Shown here: one piece after another, positions 40,038 through 53,797 of the stretch
Layout: every line of letters begins with the position of its first letter
Position numbering within the stretch: position 1 is the stretch's first letter
DNA from: Eledone cirrhosa
Lineage: Eukaryota
NCBI GenBank assembly: GCA_964016885.1
Contig: CAXHJY010000081.1
Location: 35,638 to 99,637 of the forward strand
DNA: 64,000 nt
Reading direction: 5' to 3'
Position numbers and translations under genes: made by a program
Notes under the pieces: model-generated
What the model was told of the DNA's origin: nothing
The model's database searches: none
What the model saw: only the letters and a program-made list of their open reading frames with translations

Positions 40038-40418
40038 TAAACAAATAATGAATAAAACAATGAAACAGTTCCTTATATTAAACAAAAAAAGTTCATTATT
40101 TAACGATCGTTTCTAGGATATATATGTGTTAGAATTGGCATGCATATTCAACAGATCTATGTACAAAATTATACAAAATTATACAAACTATCAAGATTAA
40201 ATATACATACCAAACACACGCATATATGTGTGTTTGGTATGTATATTTAATCTTGATAGTTTGTATAATTTTGTATAATTTTGTACATAGATCTGTTGAA
40301 TATGCATGCCAATTCTAACACATATATATCCTAGAAACGATCGTTAAATAATGAACTTTTTTTGTTTAATATAAGGAACTGTTTCATTGTTTTATTCATT
40401 ATTTTTTTAATATTTTAT
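40029..40418. repeat. Near-perfect palindrome with arms of about 195 bp
   Basis: Arms mirror around about 40224. Contains the half-hammerhead GAAA-cgatcg-TT and abuts (TA)n on the left. Confidence 0.9.
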
Positions 40419-40549
40419 CTTGACTCTGTATTCCGTTTATCTTTCACCGAAAGTGATTTTTGAATGCATCTCTTCTTTCCATGATATCCGGATTACATTG
40501 AGTTCTTCATACGGATTGGACACTACCGTAAACTCTTGGTAGATTTATC

Positions 40550-40596
<47 letters not shown>

Positions 40597-41334
40597 GCAC
40601 ACACACACACACAAGTGGTTAGCTTCTCAAATTGCAATTAAATACAATATCTTAAGTGGTCGAATTACCGGTCGCGTGTTTCGTTACACTTTCCTCTAAT
40701 CTACTTTCTCCACTCAAGCACACTTCGCTGCAGCGTCCTTTATTGTCATCTATTCAAGTTTTCTTGAATAGTTTCAAACAGAACAATTTTCGTGACGAAT
40801 TAAGGAAGATTTGAAACGGAAAAATCTGTCCCAGCCCCCTCGCCACCCAGTATACATCTTGTACTAATTCACGTACCCCACTTACTGTAATATGCATATT
40901 CAATTTGGTGAAAGAAAAAGGTGCAGACTTCGATTCTCTGTAGCGACTGCTGGTCACTTTTTCCCGTCCATAGGGGTATTTTACCCGATCTTCTAAGCTA
41001 TCAACTGATTTTATAGCAATCAACTGTGTTCACAGTTACTTTCTTCGTTCAAGATTTTTTACATTTTCAAAAATATAAATTAATAAATAGAATCCTATCA
41101 ACTGTATTGTAGATTAATATTACAAATAGTGGACATCACGCCGCCTCATCTCATCTTACGTTTGGCTCGCTGGGCCTTTTGGGTCCTTGACTTTGAGATC
41201 CCTGGTATAAAAGTTATATATATATATATTTTTTTTTTGGAACGATCGACTTTCGTCAAATCGGACCGAGGAAACAATGTTTCCGTTGGTCTTTCCAATT
41301 GCTAATACTATCTATCGGTCGCAACTCCAGGTAG

Positions 41335-41450
41335 AAGGAGCAACGTGAAATAAAGTGTCTTGCTCAAGGACATAACGCATCGCCTGGTCCAGGAATCGAA
41401 TTCACAACCTTACGATTGCGAATCCAGTTCTCTAACCACTCAGCCACACG
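41335..41450 (-). mobile_element. tRNA-headed SINE 5' part (second family); similar copy at 50125-50240
   Basis: Reverse complement has A-box tggctgagtggttag and B-box ttcgattcc. Confidence 0.8.
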
Positions 41451-41459
41451 TGAGTTATA

Positions 41460-42300
41460 AACGTTTCTCCACCTCCACCCTTGTCGCTTCGGCCACAAAC
41501 CCGATCAATGCCACCCGTAACGTGGTGGGGGGAGGAGTGGAAGATATTCAAATAGTAAAACTTGACCGACATAATTTCATTTTCATGTTGGTCCCTGTTG
41601 AGACCTTTAGCGTCTGTCTCGATCTCTGGACTTCCACAGAGGAATGGAAGATATCGAAATAGCAGGACTTGACTGATCATTTCCTTCATGTTCTGGTCCC
41701 TGTTGAGACCTTTAGCGTCTGTCTCGATCTCTGGACTTCCACAGAGGAATGGAAGATATCGAAATAGCAGGACTTGACTGATCATTTCCTTCATGTTCTG
41801 GTCCCTGTTGAGACCTTTAGCGTCTGTCCCGATCTCTGGACTTCCACAGAGGAATGGAAGATATCGAAATAGCAGGTCTTGACTGATCATTTCCTTCATG
41901 TTCTGGTCCCTGTTGAGACCTTTAGCGTCTGTCCCGATCTCTGGACTTCCACAGAGGAATGGAAGATATCGAAATAGCAGGACTTGACTGATCATTTCCT
42001 TCATGTTCTGGTCCCTGTTGAGACCTCCAGTGTCTTCTTTGGTCGCTGGGCTGCTACAGACGAGTGGAATGTACTAAGGCATGTATGGCCAACCTTTATC
42101 GATCAGTGAGCCACATGGAATGTGGTTCATCATAAAGCAGGCCACACTACTAAAAAATTCAAGGCAATTTTGAAATTAGGCGTGCCATTCAGAAAGTCAA
42201 AAGGGCCGCAGTTTGTCCATGGCTGTACTAAGATTTGATCGACATAACTTCCTTTTCATGCCAGTCATTGTTCAGACATTTGGTGTTCTTCTCGCTTCCA
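41460..42300 (+). pseudogene. Degenerate CRE-like RLE fragment with a 105-bp tandem array (about 4 copies)
   Basis: Translates as EEWKIFK**NL..FIFMLVPVETFSV and later FLFMPVIVQTFGV. ggaatggaag occurs at 41641, 41746, 41851 and 41956. Confidence 0.55.
42080..42225. mobile_element. hAT-like MITE
   Basis: Imperfect TIRs catgtatggccaac / gtttgtccatggctg, flanked by the 8-bp near-duplication tactaagg / tactaaga. Confidence 0.6.
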
Positions 42301-42449
42301 GACACATCGGTAAAACCGGCCCCTAATTCCCCCCCCCCCCCACACACACACTTCCAAAGAACGTCATGATCATCACAGGCTGGAAAAAATAGTTTACGAT
42401 ATGTGTATTTACTGAGGTCGATATGATAGAGAGAGAGAGAGAGAGAGTG

Positions 42450-42497
<48 letters not shown>

Positions 42498-42518
42498 GGA
42501 TGGCAGAGTGAGTGAAAG

Positions 42519-42549
<31 letters not shown>

Positions 42550-42580
42550 CAGTAAATACATATATTTTATATATATATAT

Positions 42581-42773
42581 ACGTTATTCCGGGTTGAATC
42601 GGAGGTAACCACAGTAAGTAAGGTACTCAATACATTGCAGAGTATAAAAGTTTTAATATAGATGAGATTCTACAGGACTAGAACTGTTTCATTCTTTAGA
42701 AATCATCAGGAATCAGAGATTCCTGATGATTTCTAAAGAATGAAACAGTTCTAGTCCTGTAGAATCTCATCTA

Positions 42774-42775
<2 letters not shown>
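42581..42775. mobile_element. Family A fold-back element with opposed hammerheads (42666-42714 on -, 42716-42768 on +)
   Basis: Near-identical to 3916. The + copy has a 7-bp stem I, gagattc/gaatctc. Confidence 0.85.
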
Positions 42776-42842
<67 letters not shown>

Positions 42843-42989
42843 GAAAGGAAAGCAAGAACAAGGGACGGGTTCCCTTTTCAGTTGTCTGCTGGGGGTCTCA
42901 AACAACTGAAGAGGGTACTTGTCCCTTGCTTTCCTTTCATTTCTAAATACACTTTATCAGTAACCACAGACCGCCTTTCTTTCAAAGAT

Positions 42990-43074
<85 letters not shown>

Positions 43075-43254
43075 GGATGCAGAGAGAGAGAGAGACAATG
43101 ACAGGCAGGTATGTGTGTATGTATGTCGGTGTATTTCCGGTGTATATCGAGAGGTGACCACAGTAAAAGTAAGTACCTAATGCAAGGGGAGATGCTGAGT
43201 GGGTATAGAGGTAGGTAAAATCACAACCGCGGCGCCAAGTGGTCGGGATTTTAA

Positions 43255-43320
<66 letters not shown>

Positions 43321-43783
43321 TATATATATATAAAAATATATAATCCAGCAACCTCTCCCCCATTTGAATAGCAATTAATTTGATGTTGAATAATGAAAAA
43401 CAAAAGACAAAGTTTAGTGCTTTATCAGTTCTTTGTTTTACGATTTCTTCAGAAGGTTGATTGATCATGATAAAATCGATAAAGTGACTAACCAATAGTA
43501 GTCATTGAACTCCAATTAACTAATAATAAAATGGTGTCTCTATTCCCTTGGTGTCATAAGCTTGCACTTGAGACATATAGAAACATATGGGTTGACATCC
43601 ATCATAATAATATAGCATGGCAATTTACATACAAAGGTTACAGTCATATTAAAGGATAAAATTAAAGTTAAAATTAAAATAAAATGTCTTTCAGTATTTA
43701 GGGTTTAAAATATATATAACTATAAAAGGTTTTATTATATACATAACCATAAATAGTATCCTTAATACTATATATATATATAT

Positions 43784-43963
43784 AATTGTTTCTACTTTTG
43801 GTACAAGGCCAGCAATTACCCAGTGCATTACTGGTACTTTATTTTATCGACCCCGTAAGGATGAAAGGCAAAGTTAACCTCGACCGGATTTGAACTCAGA
43901 TCATAAAGGGCCGTAGCTCTATGCGTCAAAAGCATGTCGTTCCACCCTCTGTCGATACTGCCA
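43784..43963 (-). mobile_element. tRNA-derived SINE copy
   Basis: Reverse complement of the dominant family. Confidence 0.9.
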
Positions 43964-44019
43964 AATATATATAATGAAGAGAGACGGTTTTATTCGTACA
44001 TCTATATTTTATTCGTACA

Positions 44020-44649
44020 TCTATATATATAAAGTTGTATTCCTGTCTGTTTGTTTGTTTGTTCACGAATTCCTCCTATGGTTTTGGAGATAGACCCCCA
44101 TAACCATATATATTCTGAAACTACATTGCCCAGGGTACTTGTATAAGTATATTTCATTTTAATTAAAGGGTTCCCCGGTGGCACAAACCCCCCGCTGAAA
44201 ATGTTTTCTCTTCGATTTATATGAAATTTAAACCATAGGTAAATGACAAGATATGATGCCTATTCACAAAATTTCAGCAAATTTCAATAATATTAAGACA
44301 CCCTAATGGGGGTTACACCCCCTATTAGAGTTCCCTGGGGGCACAAACCCTGCTGAAAATTTTTTCCCTTCGATTTATATGAAATTTATATCATAGGTAA
44401 ATGACAAGATATGATGCCTATTCACAAAAGTTTTGAATTGATATTTTGAAAAACATTATTTACAAGAAACAAAATAAGAATAAGATTTAATAATGTAATT
44501 TTGATTTGATATATTACACAAAAAATAATGTTTTCCAATTTTTCATGCATTACATTTTACATTGAGTAATTATATCACTGATTTAAAATCAATCATCATT
44601 TTACAAAAAAAATGTGTGAAACGCAGCAAGGCGCGGGTAATCCGGCTAG
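44020..44649 (+). mobile_element. Non-autonomous Helitron-like element
   Basis: Starts A|TCtatatatataaag followed by (gttt)n. Ends in a GC-rich subterminal segment and CTAG|T. Internal duplication of about 110 bp. Confidence 0.65.
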
Positions 44650-44668
44650 TTCCTAATAAGGGACGAAT

Positions 44669-44699
<31 letters not shown>

Positions 44700-45005
44700 C
44701 TTATATATATATATATATTCAATGTACCGCAGATAGAACTCAATGTAATCCAATGGTGAGTAATCCAGTGAAATCCATAGAAAGGTTCCGTGTTCCGCTG
44801 AGTTAACTCCTTAAATACAGAGTCAGATATTAGGTATTAAATTAACAATGAAAATAAAAACAACAAAGTCAAGTTATTTTACCTATTCATATCATTGTTT
44901 TACGATCGTTTCGGGGTTAGGGTTGATCATATTGACATATTGTCTGATCTATAACTCTACTATCAGACTTCATATATAGATTCGATCAGGCCGTCTTCTT
45001 CGGAA

Positions 45006-45078
<73 letters not shown>

Positions 45079-45106
45079 AATGGGACGAACGAATGAGGGA
45101 CGAATT

Positions 45107-45147
<41 letters not shown>

Positions 45148-45377
45148 CCAATTTGTCCCTTATTCGTTCGTCCAAGTGCTTGTGTCCAGTTTTTACTGTG
45201 TCTAGTTTTTACTGACACTCTAGAGTAACAAGACTCCCTATTTAGTCTTAATAAAATGAATATTAAAACTTTCGGTCTTGAGTATTCTTTTCTCTCAGCC
45301 TTCAACCACATACGGATATATATATATATAAATATATATATCCGTATGTGGTTGAATAAAATATATATATCCGAATT

Positions 45378-45427
<50 letters not shown>

Positions 45428-45495
45428 AATTCGTTCCCTTAACCACATACGGATATATGAAAGAAAAAAAAACGAATTTTGTTTACAACAATAAA

Positions 45496-45534
<39 letters not shown>

Positions 45535-47333
45535 CAAGTGTGTAGCTGGTAATGGATGATATAGAAGAAAAGGAAGAAGTGGAAGTGAAATAAGAAAATT
45601 TAGAAGAACGAAAGTAAAAGGAATAAAAAAAGGGATGAAAGTTAAGAAATAGAGAAAAAAAATTGAACGAAAAATCCCCCCCAAACGAATGAAGGAACAA
45701 AGCAAGAAAGAAAATAAGACGATAGATAATGAGGTGAAGGAAAGAAGGAAGAGAAGGAGGAAAGGAATTGATAGAGAAAATACACAAGGAAAAAAAAAGG
45801 AATGCATAAAGAAGAATGAGAAAGGCAAGAAGAAGAAGAAGAAGAAGAGGTTAAGAAAGATAAATAGCCCGCCATCACAAACGGGGACACGAAATCTGAG
45901 TGAAAAAATATAAAATGGCGAGGGGAGAAGGGAAAATAAGCAAGGACCAGAAAAATAACAACAACAAAAGACCGAGGGGACGAAGAAGGAAAGTTAATAA
46001 AAAAAAAAAAAATATATATATATAAGAAAAAAGAAAGGCATGGCTTTTATTTCCAAAACATTGCTTGCTTAACCCTCCCCTTTCACTGCCCCCAGGGATT
46101 TTAAGCATTTTTTATTGTTTGTAGTTTTTTGTGGCGTTATTTGTTAGTTGTTGTTGTTTTTTTTTTGGGGGGGGGGGGTGTATTTTTTTGTTGTTTTTTT
46201 TTGACATTGATTGATGAGCAGTAGATAATCACTGAACTGCTGTTTGTCTGAAGCAGACGAGAGTGTGATGGTGGTGGTGAAGGTGATGGTGGTGGTGAAG
46301 ACGACGACAGTGTGATGGTGGTGGTGAAGGTGATGGTGGTGGTGGAGGTGATGGTGGTGGTGAAGACGACAGTGTGGAGTGGGGGGAGGAGGTGATGGTG
46401 GTGGTGAAGAAGACGACAGTGTGATGGTGGTGGTGAAGGTGATGGTGGTGGTGGAGGTGATGGTGGTGGTGAAGACGACAGTGTGGAGTGGGGGGAGGAG
46501 GTGATGGTGGTGGTGAAGAAGACGACAGTGTGATGGTGGTGGTGGAGAAGACGACAGTGGGTGGTGGGGGGAGGAGGAAGAGGAGAAGGAGGAGAAGGAA
46601 AAGACCGCAGAGTGAGGTAGTGGTGAAGGAGGAAGAGGAGGAGGAGAAGAAGGAAAAGAAGACTACAGTATGAAGTGGGGGTAGAGGAAGTGAAAAAGAA
46701 GAAGCAGACGACAGTGTGAGATGGAGGAGCAGAAGGAGGAGGAGGGAGAGAAAGAAGACCAGTGTGAGGAGGACGGAAAGGAAAAGAAGCATAACACAGT
46801 GTGAGGGGGAGGAGGAGTAGGAAGGAGAGGAGGAGAAGAAAAAGAAAACGAGAGTGTGAAGGGGAGGAGATAGAGAAGACGAGAGTGTGAAGGGGAGGAG
46901 ATAGAGAAGAAGACGAGGGTGTGAAGAGGAGGAGATAGAGAAGAAGACGAGGGTGTGAAGGGGAGGAGATAGAGAAGAAGACGAGAGTGTGAAGGGGAGG
47001 AGATAGAGAAGAAGACGAGAGTGGGAGGTGAAGGGGAAGAAAAGGAAATAACTAACAAAACAAAATGGCTACCAGTGGAAACAACAAAATCACTGAGAAT
47101 ATGTTTGTAAGTGTTTATATGTATATGGGTATGTATGTATATGTGTGTATGTGTTTATATGGGTATGTATGTATATGTGTGTATGTATGCATATATGGGT
47201 ATGTATGTATATGTGTGTATGTATGCATATATGTATGTATATGTGTATGTAAGTATGTTTATATGTAAGTATGTATGTATGATCATATATATGTATGTAT
47301 GTTAGTATATATGTAAGTATGCATGTATGTATA

Positions 47334-47365
<32 letters not shown>

Positions 47366-47392
47366 CAGATATCCACGGTAAGTTGTGGGATG

Positions 47393-47437
<45 letters not shown>

Positions 47438-47558
47438 ATGTATGCATGTATGATGATATATATGTATGTATATATGTTGTATGGCTACCAGGGAAAATAC
47501 CAAATCTCTGTGTGAGATGTTATTTGTTATATCCGTGGAAGAGGAAGAAAAAAGGAAC

Positions 47559-47641
<83 letters not shown>

Positions 47642-47693
47642 TGCTTACTTGCTTAGTACTGTCGTTGACCCGATTGTGTGTATGTATATATAT

Positions 47694-47736
<43 letters not shown>

Positions 47737-47758
47737 TGTATATATATGTATATATAAG

Positions 47759-47791
<33 letters not shown>

Positions 47792-47828
47792 GTGTGTGTA
47801 TATATATGTATATATATGTATATATAAG

Positions 47829-47859
<31 letters not shown>

Positions 47860-47896
47860 GTGTGTGTATATATATGTATATATATGTATATATAAG

Positions 47897-47927
<31 letters not shown>

Positions 47928-47964
47928 GTGTGTGTATATATATGTATATATATGTATATATAAG

Positions 47965-47997
<33 letters not shown>

Positions 47998-48054
47998 GTG
48001 TGTGTATATATATGTATATATAAGTATATATATATATACACATATATATATATA

Positions 48055-48119
<65 letters not shown>

Positions 48120-48146
48120 CTGTGTGTATTGACTGATGTTGTTCAG

Positions 48147-48209
48147 GTTTCAGTTTACAAATTTCTCTCCCAACGGAGAGAATGTTTTGGTCCCCGACCC
48201 AGAAACAAG
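48147..48209 (+). CDS. Candidate 63-nt exon ([21 protein letters not shown])
   Basis: Acceptor ttgttcag| and donor AAG|gtctgg, with a protein-like open frame in an island of unique DNA. Product not recognised. Confidence 0.3.
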
Positions 48210-48510
48210 GTCTGGGGACTTTCATTGGAATTTAGGCTACGTCGACTGAGTCGGAATGTGTACACACACACACACGCACAGACACACACACACATATATA
48301 TATATGTGTATACACACACATATGTCCGTGTGTGTTTGTGCATGTATACATATGTATGTATGTATGGCTGGCTGCTTAATTCAGTTATTTTTCATAACCT
48401 CCCCCCTCACTGAGTGTGTGTATATATGTGTGTACGTATGTATATATGTATCTATGTACGTACGTATGTATCTATGTACGTATGTATGTATGTATGTATG
48501 ATGGTATGTA

Positions 48511-48844
48511 TGATGGTATCCAATGATGTTGACTTGTTCTTCTTTTTGGTAAATATCATCTTGGTTAAGAGAGTGGGACTGGCTTTGTGCAGTGCCTTTG
48601 CTCACTATAAAAGCTTCACGGCACAGGCATTGCTTTATATCTGGAGATCTCTCTGCACTTGTCATCACATGGTACCATGGGCCCAGCACTATGTGTCAAT
48701 AATTGTCACAAGTGTAGTGTTTGTACCAGAGTTTTCAAGTCGCTGGCTGGACTAAAAAGTCACACTCGTTCAGCGCATCGGTAGGGGTTCTCCTACATGG
48801 ATATAAAGTAGTGGCCGTACTCGAAAACGAGTTGGCAGCCACCA
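48511..48844. mobile_element. Second copy of the (TATG)n-embedded dispersed repeat
   Basis: Near-identical to 12034-12364. Confidence 0.8.
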
Positions 48845-49145
48845 TGTATGTATGCATCTGTAAATTTTTTCAACTTAGAAAAAAGCTAACATGTAACATA
48901 AAAAAGGTTTTCTTGCTGAAATTCCTGTGATATGTGTTTCTATGTTTAACTTTAGAGAAAGACTTGCATAAATATATTATTCCACTTACAGGTCAGATTT
49001 GTGAGGTGCATTTTCACTTTCTCTAAAGTTTGTTTCAAGCTTGGAGATTCATCAGACCAGTTCTTACCCTGGTTTCTGTAGCGTGAAGCGATTGAGTGTA
49101 TAAGACTCCCCCCCCCCCAGACAGGACGCCAGTCTATCGCAGGTT

Positions 49146-49344
49146 TAACCTGTTGACTGCTGCGTACATTTTACACATCTACAGTTGCTGTGCCGGGATT
49201 TTTCTCTCAGTAAAATGACCATTTTGGTTGACAAATGTCACATCAATAAACTAGTAACCCCATCTAACTTTGAAGTTATGAACTGTTGGAAGAGTTCAAA
49301 CGTGCTAGGACGGGTTCTCTCGTCTATGGCGCTGAAGAGGTTAA
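49146..49344. mobile_element. Possible TTAA-flanked piggyBac-like MITE inserted in a SINE
   Basis: Ends ttaacctgtt...aagaggttaa; SINE-like sequence resumes afterwards. Confidence 0.35.
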
Positions 49345-49399
49345 ATGAAAAGGCTACAGCTGATACTCATTTCCAGCTGACTATACTGGAGCGATGGAA

Positions 49400-50083
49400 T
49401 AGTTGCTGTGCAGTATCACATCGCTCTAGGTTTGGGCAGCTTTCAACAGGAACAAGGAAGTACTAACATCAAAACGAGTTTCCTATCATTTGAAGGCTAA
49501 GATCTTTGATACTTACATCCTACCAGTTGTGTTATATGGTCTTGACTGTGTTAATTGGACGAGGACAAGGTCACTTCAGAAGCTCTCTACATTCCAGAAC
49601 CACATCATGAGACTTATGACTGGCAAGTGGCTCAGCAACCGTATCTGTATCAGTGAGCTGCTCAACATTACCAAACTTAGACCAATTACATCAATTGTCA
49701 AGTCAAGAGTACTCAAACTATACGGTCATATAAAAAAGATCAACTCGTGGTGTGAGTAGGTTCTGCCTGGAAGGAAGGTTGGCTGGTAAGAGAAGCAGAG
49801 GCTGGCAGCCAAAACGGTGGCTTGATAATGTCAACTATGGACTGGACTTCATCTTTGCTCTTTGAACCCTGCTGCTGGTGATCGAAGGGTATTATATATT
49901 CCTGGAAGGAAGGTTGGCTGGTAAGAGAAGCAGGGGTCAGCAGCCAAAACGGTGGCTTGATAATGTCAACCTATGGACTGGACTTGATCTTTACTCTTTG
50001 AACCCTGCTGCTGGTGATCGAACTTTGTGGAGAGAGATATCACATGTTAATGCACAGTCTGCAACTGGTGGAGTTTAGCTTCA

Positions 50084-50122
<39 letters not shown>
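49400..50122 (+). mobile_element. RTE-like LINE 3' end with a (GTA)n tail
   Basis: KAKIFDTYILPVVLYG...LKLYGHIK and LEGRLAGKRSRGQQPKRWLDNV..WTG..A.DR..WR, with a local duplication. Confidence 0.85.
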
Positions 50123-50124
<2 letters not shown>

Positions 50125-50389
50125 TACTGGAGCGACGGGAAATGAAGTGTTTTGTTTTGTTCAAGAACACAACACAGAACCCAGCCCGGGAATCGAACCG
50201 ACGACATTACGATCATAAGTTCAACACTCTGACCACTGAAGTGACTTGAAATGAATGCTTTTGTTCACCACCACCACCACCACCACCACCACCACCACCA
50301 CCACCATGATCATAACAAAACAACCACTAGCACTACCACCAACACTACCGCCAATACTACCATCACCACCACCACCACTACCACAACAA

Positions 50390-51790
50390 CCACCAAGACA
50401 ACCACTAGCACCACCACCAATACTATAGTCAGTTGTATGCCAATACTACCACCACCACCACTACCACCACCATTACTACAACTACCACTACCATCACCAC
50501 CACTACCACAACAACCATCATAACAACCACTAGCACCACCACCAATACTATAGTCAGTTGTATGCCAATACTACCACCACCACCACTACCATCACCACCA
50601 CTACCACAACAACCATCATAACAACCACTAGCACCACCACCAATACTATAGTCAGTTGTATGCCAATACTACCACCACCACCACTACCACCACCATTACT
50701 ACAACTACCACTACCATCACCACCACTACCACAACAACCATCATAACAACCACTAGCACCACCACCAATACTATAGTCAGTTGTATGCCAATACTACCAC
50801 CACCACCACTACCATCACCACCACTACCACAACAACCATCATAACAACCACTAGCACTACCACCAATACTATAGTAAGTTGTATGCCAATACTACCACCA
50901 CCACCACTACCATCACCACCACTACCACAACAACCATCATAACAACCACTAGCACTACCACCAATACTATAGTAAGTTGTATGCCAATACTACCACCACC
51001 ACCACTACCATCACCACCACTACCACAACAACCATCATAACAACCACTAGCACTACCACCAATACTATAGTAAGTTGTATGCCAATACTACCACCACCAC
51101 CACTACCATCACCACCACTACCACAACAACCATCATAACAACCATTAGCACTACCACCAATACTATAGTAAGTTGTATGCCAATACTACCACCACCACCA
51201 CTACCATCACCACCACTACCACAACAACCATCATAACAACCATTAGCACTACCACCAATACTATAGTAAGTTGTATGCCAATACTACCACCACCACCACT
51301 ACCATCACCACCACTACCACAACAACCATCATAACAACCATTAGCACTACCACCAATACTATAGTAAGTTGTATGCCAATACTACCACCACCACCACTAC
51401 CATCACCACCACTACCACAACAACCATCATAACAACCACTAGCACTACCACCAATACTATAGTAAGTTGTATGCCAATACTACCACCACCACCACTACCA
51501 TCACCACCACTACCACAACAACCATCATAACAACCACTAGCACTACCACCAATACTATAGTAAGTTGTATGCCAATACTACCACCACCACCACTACCATC
51601 ACCACCACTACCACAACAACCATCATAACAACCACTAGCACTACCACCAATACTATAGTAAGTTGTATGCCAATACTACCACCACCACCACTACCATCAC
51701 CACCACTACCACAACAACCATCGTAACAACCAGTAGCACTACCACCAATACTATAGTAAGTTGTATACCAATACTACCACCACCATTACT
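50390..51790. repeat. 98-bp minisatellite built from ACC/ACT units, about 13 copies
   Basis: agtaagttgtatgcc at 50873, 50971, 51069 and onward. Confidence 0.95.
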
Positions 51791-52128
51791 ACCACCACCA
51801 CTGCCACCACCATTACTACCACCACCACCACCACCACAACAACAACAACAGTACTATAAGTCCTCCGCTAATACCACCACCATAAGCCCCCCCCCCCTCA
51901 TTTCCCATATAATTCTCCCCCATAACCAATCACAGCCCCTACTCCCCACCACCACCACTACCCCATCATAACCCCTACTCCCCACCACTACTCCACCATA
52001 CTCTCTACTCCCCCCACCACCACCATAGGCTTCACGCCAATTACTCCCCACCCCCACACCACTATTTTATCTACAAAACAACAATGAATTCAGTGAAACG
52101 GTAAATTAACTGTCGCACTGTAATGGTG

Positions 52129-52186
<58 letters not shown>

Positions 52187-52277
52187 ATCAGTATGTATAT
52201 GTATATGTATGTATATGTATATATATATGTATATATATATATATATATATGTATCAGTATGTATATTTATATGTATG

Positions 52278-52320
<43 letters not shown>

Positions 52321-52340
52321 CAGTATGTATATTTATATGT

Positions 52341-52440
<100 letters not shown>

Positions 52441-52605
52441 TGTATGTATGTATGTATGTATGTATGTATGTATGTATATGTATGTATGTATGTATATATG
52501 TATGTATGTATGTATATATATGTATGTATGTATATATGTATGTATATATATATATATATGTATGTATATATATATGTATGTATGTATGTATATATGTATG
52601 TATGT

Positions 52606-53478
52606 TTTCTCTTTCTCTTAATTTCGAGTATATTTTTTTGACCGGCCACCTTCCTGGTGGCAAGGTTGTAAAGGAAAAGAAATTGTCATCCCTTGAATCG
52701 CAAGAATGTTTTGCATATTTTGAAGGTGCCAGCTATCGCAGCCATTTGTAGACTATGAATTAGGGAGCTGCGCTTTTTGTCCGCAAATCCAAGTTCGGTC
52801 ATACTTTGGTCCAAGCGGGTTGGTATATAACCCGTAGCACCAATAATGATGGGTATGAAGCTAAAGGTGTATCTTGGATACTGGATTTGTAAGCTCCTCA
52901 TCAATGGTCCGTAGATGTCCTCCTTCTCCTGTATTTTTCTGACAACGTTTACATCAAGTGGGCAGCTGATCTCCACAACAGAACACGTTTTCAATGTGTG
53001 GTCCCAAACTACAATATCAGGCCGGTTGTGCTTTAATTTGGTGGCAGTTTTTATTTTCAGGTTCCACCAGTATTCCTTGGTGCCATCTGTCTCAATATAT
53101 TCTTCCTCGTTTGTTGTTAATTTTGTTTTCCGAAGTGCGTTCCAGATAGTTCTAGTTATCCCATCGTGTCTCATGGGGAGGTAGTAGCGAGATGACATTC
53201 TTTCGCAGCTGGCAACAATGTGGCTTACATCCTCGATCTTTGTTTTACATAGCCTACATTTATTGTCAGCTGCTGGCCCTCCTCTTTTGTGCAGCAGATA
53301 TTTGGTAGGGAGTTCTTGTTCCTGTATTGCATAGAGATATCCCTCAAGGTGTGATGTCATAAACTTGTCGGAACTCCATGCCAGGCTTTTTGAGTGGTTT
53401 ATCCCCTCTATGGTCTGTGTTTTACGCCTCAAGTATCCATGCACAACTTTCTCTGTAAATTGGTCAATTTTTTTTTTG
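52606..53478 (-). mobile_element. 5'-truncated R4/Dong-like non-LTR retrotransposon (CCHC knuckle plus RLE) with an uninterrupted frame
   Basis: HGY...[10 protein letters not shown]...[16 protein letters not shown]...RHD...RPDIVVWD...EISCPLD...EKEDIY. Stop at 52686, short 3' UTR, (TACA)n on both sides. Confidence 0.9.
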
Positions 53479-53556
53479 TATGTATGTATGTATGTATGTA
53501 TGTATGTATGTATGTATGTATGTATGTATGTATGTATGTATGTATGTATGTATATG

Positions 53557-53591
<35 letters not shown>

Positions 53592-53691
53592 GTATATATA
53601 TGTATATATATATAAATATATATGTATATATATATATATATGTATATATATGTATATATATATAAATATGTATATATAAATACATATATAT

Positions 53692-53776
<85 letters not shown>

Positions 53777-53797
53777 ATAAACAACATAAGGCAATTA

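Noticed and set aside
40754-41023. 89-aa minus-strand ORF in unique sequence with an internal gtaagt
   Set aside because: No recognisable homology and no convincing acceptor site.
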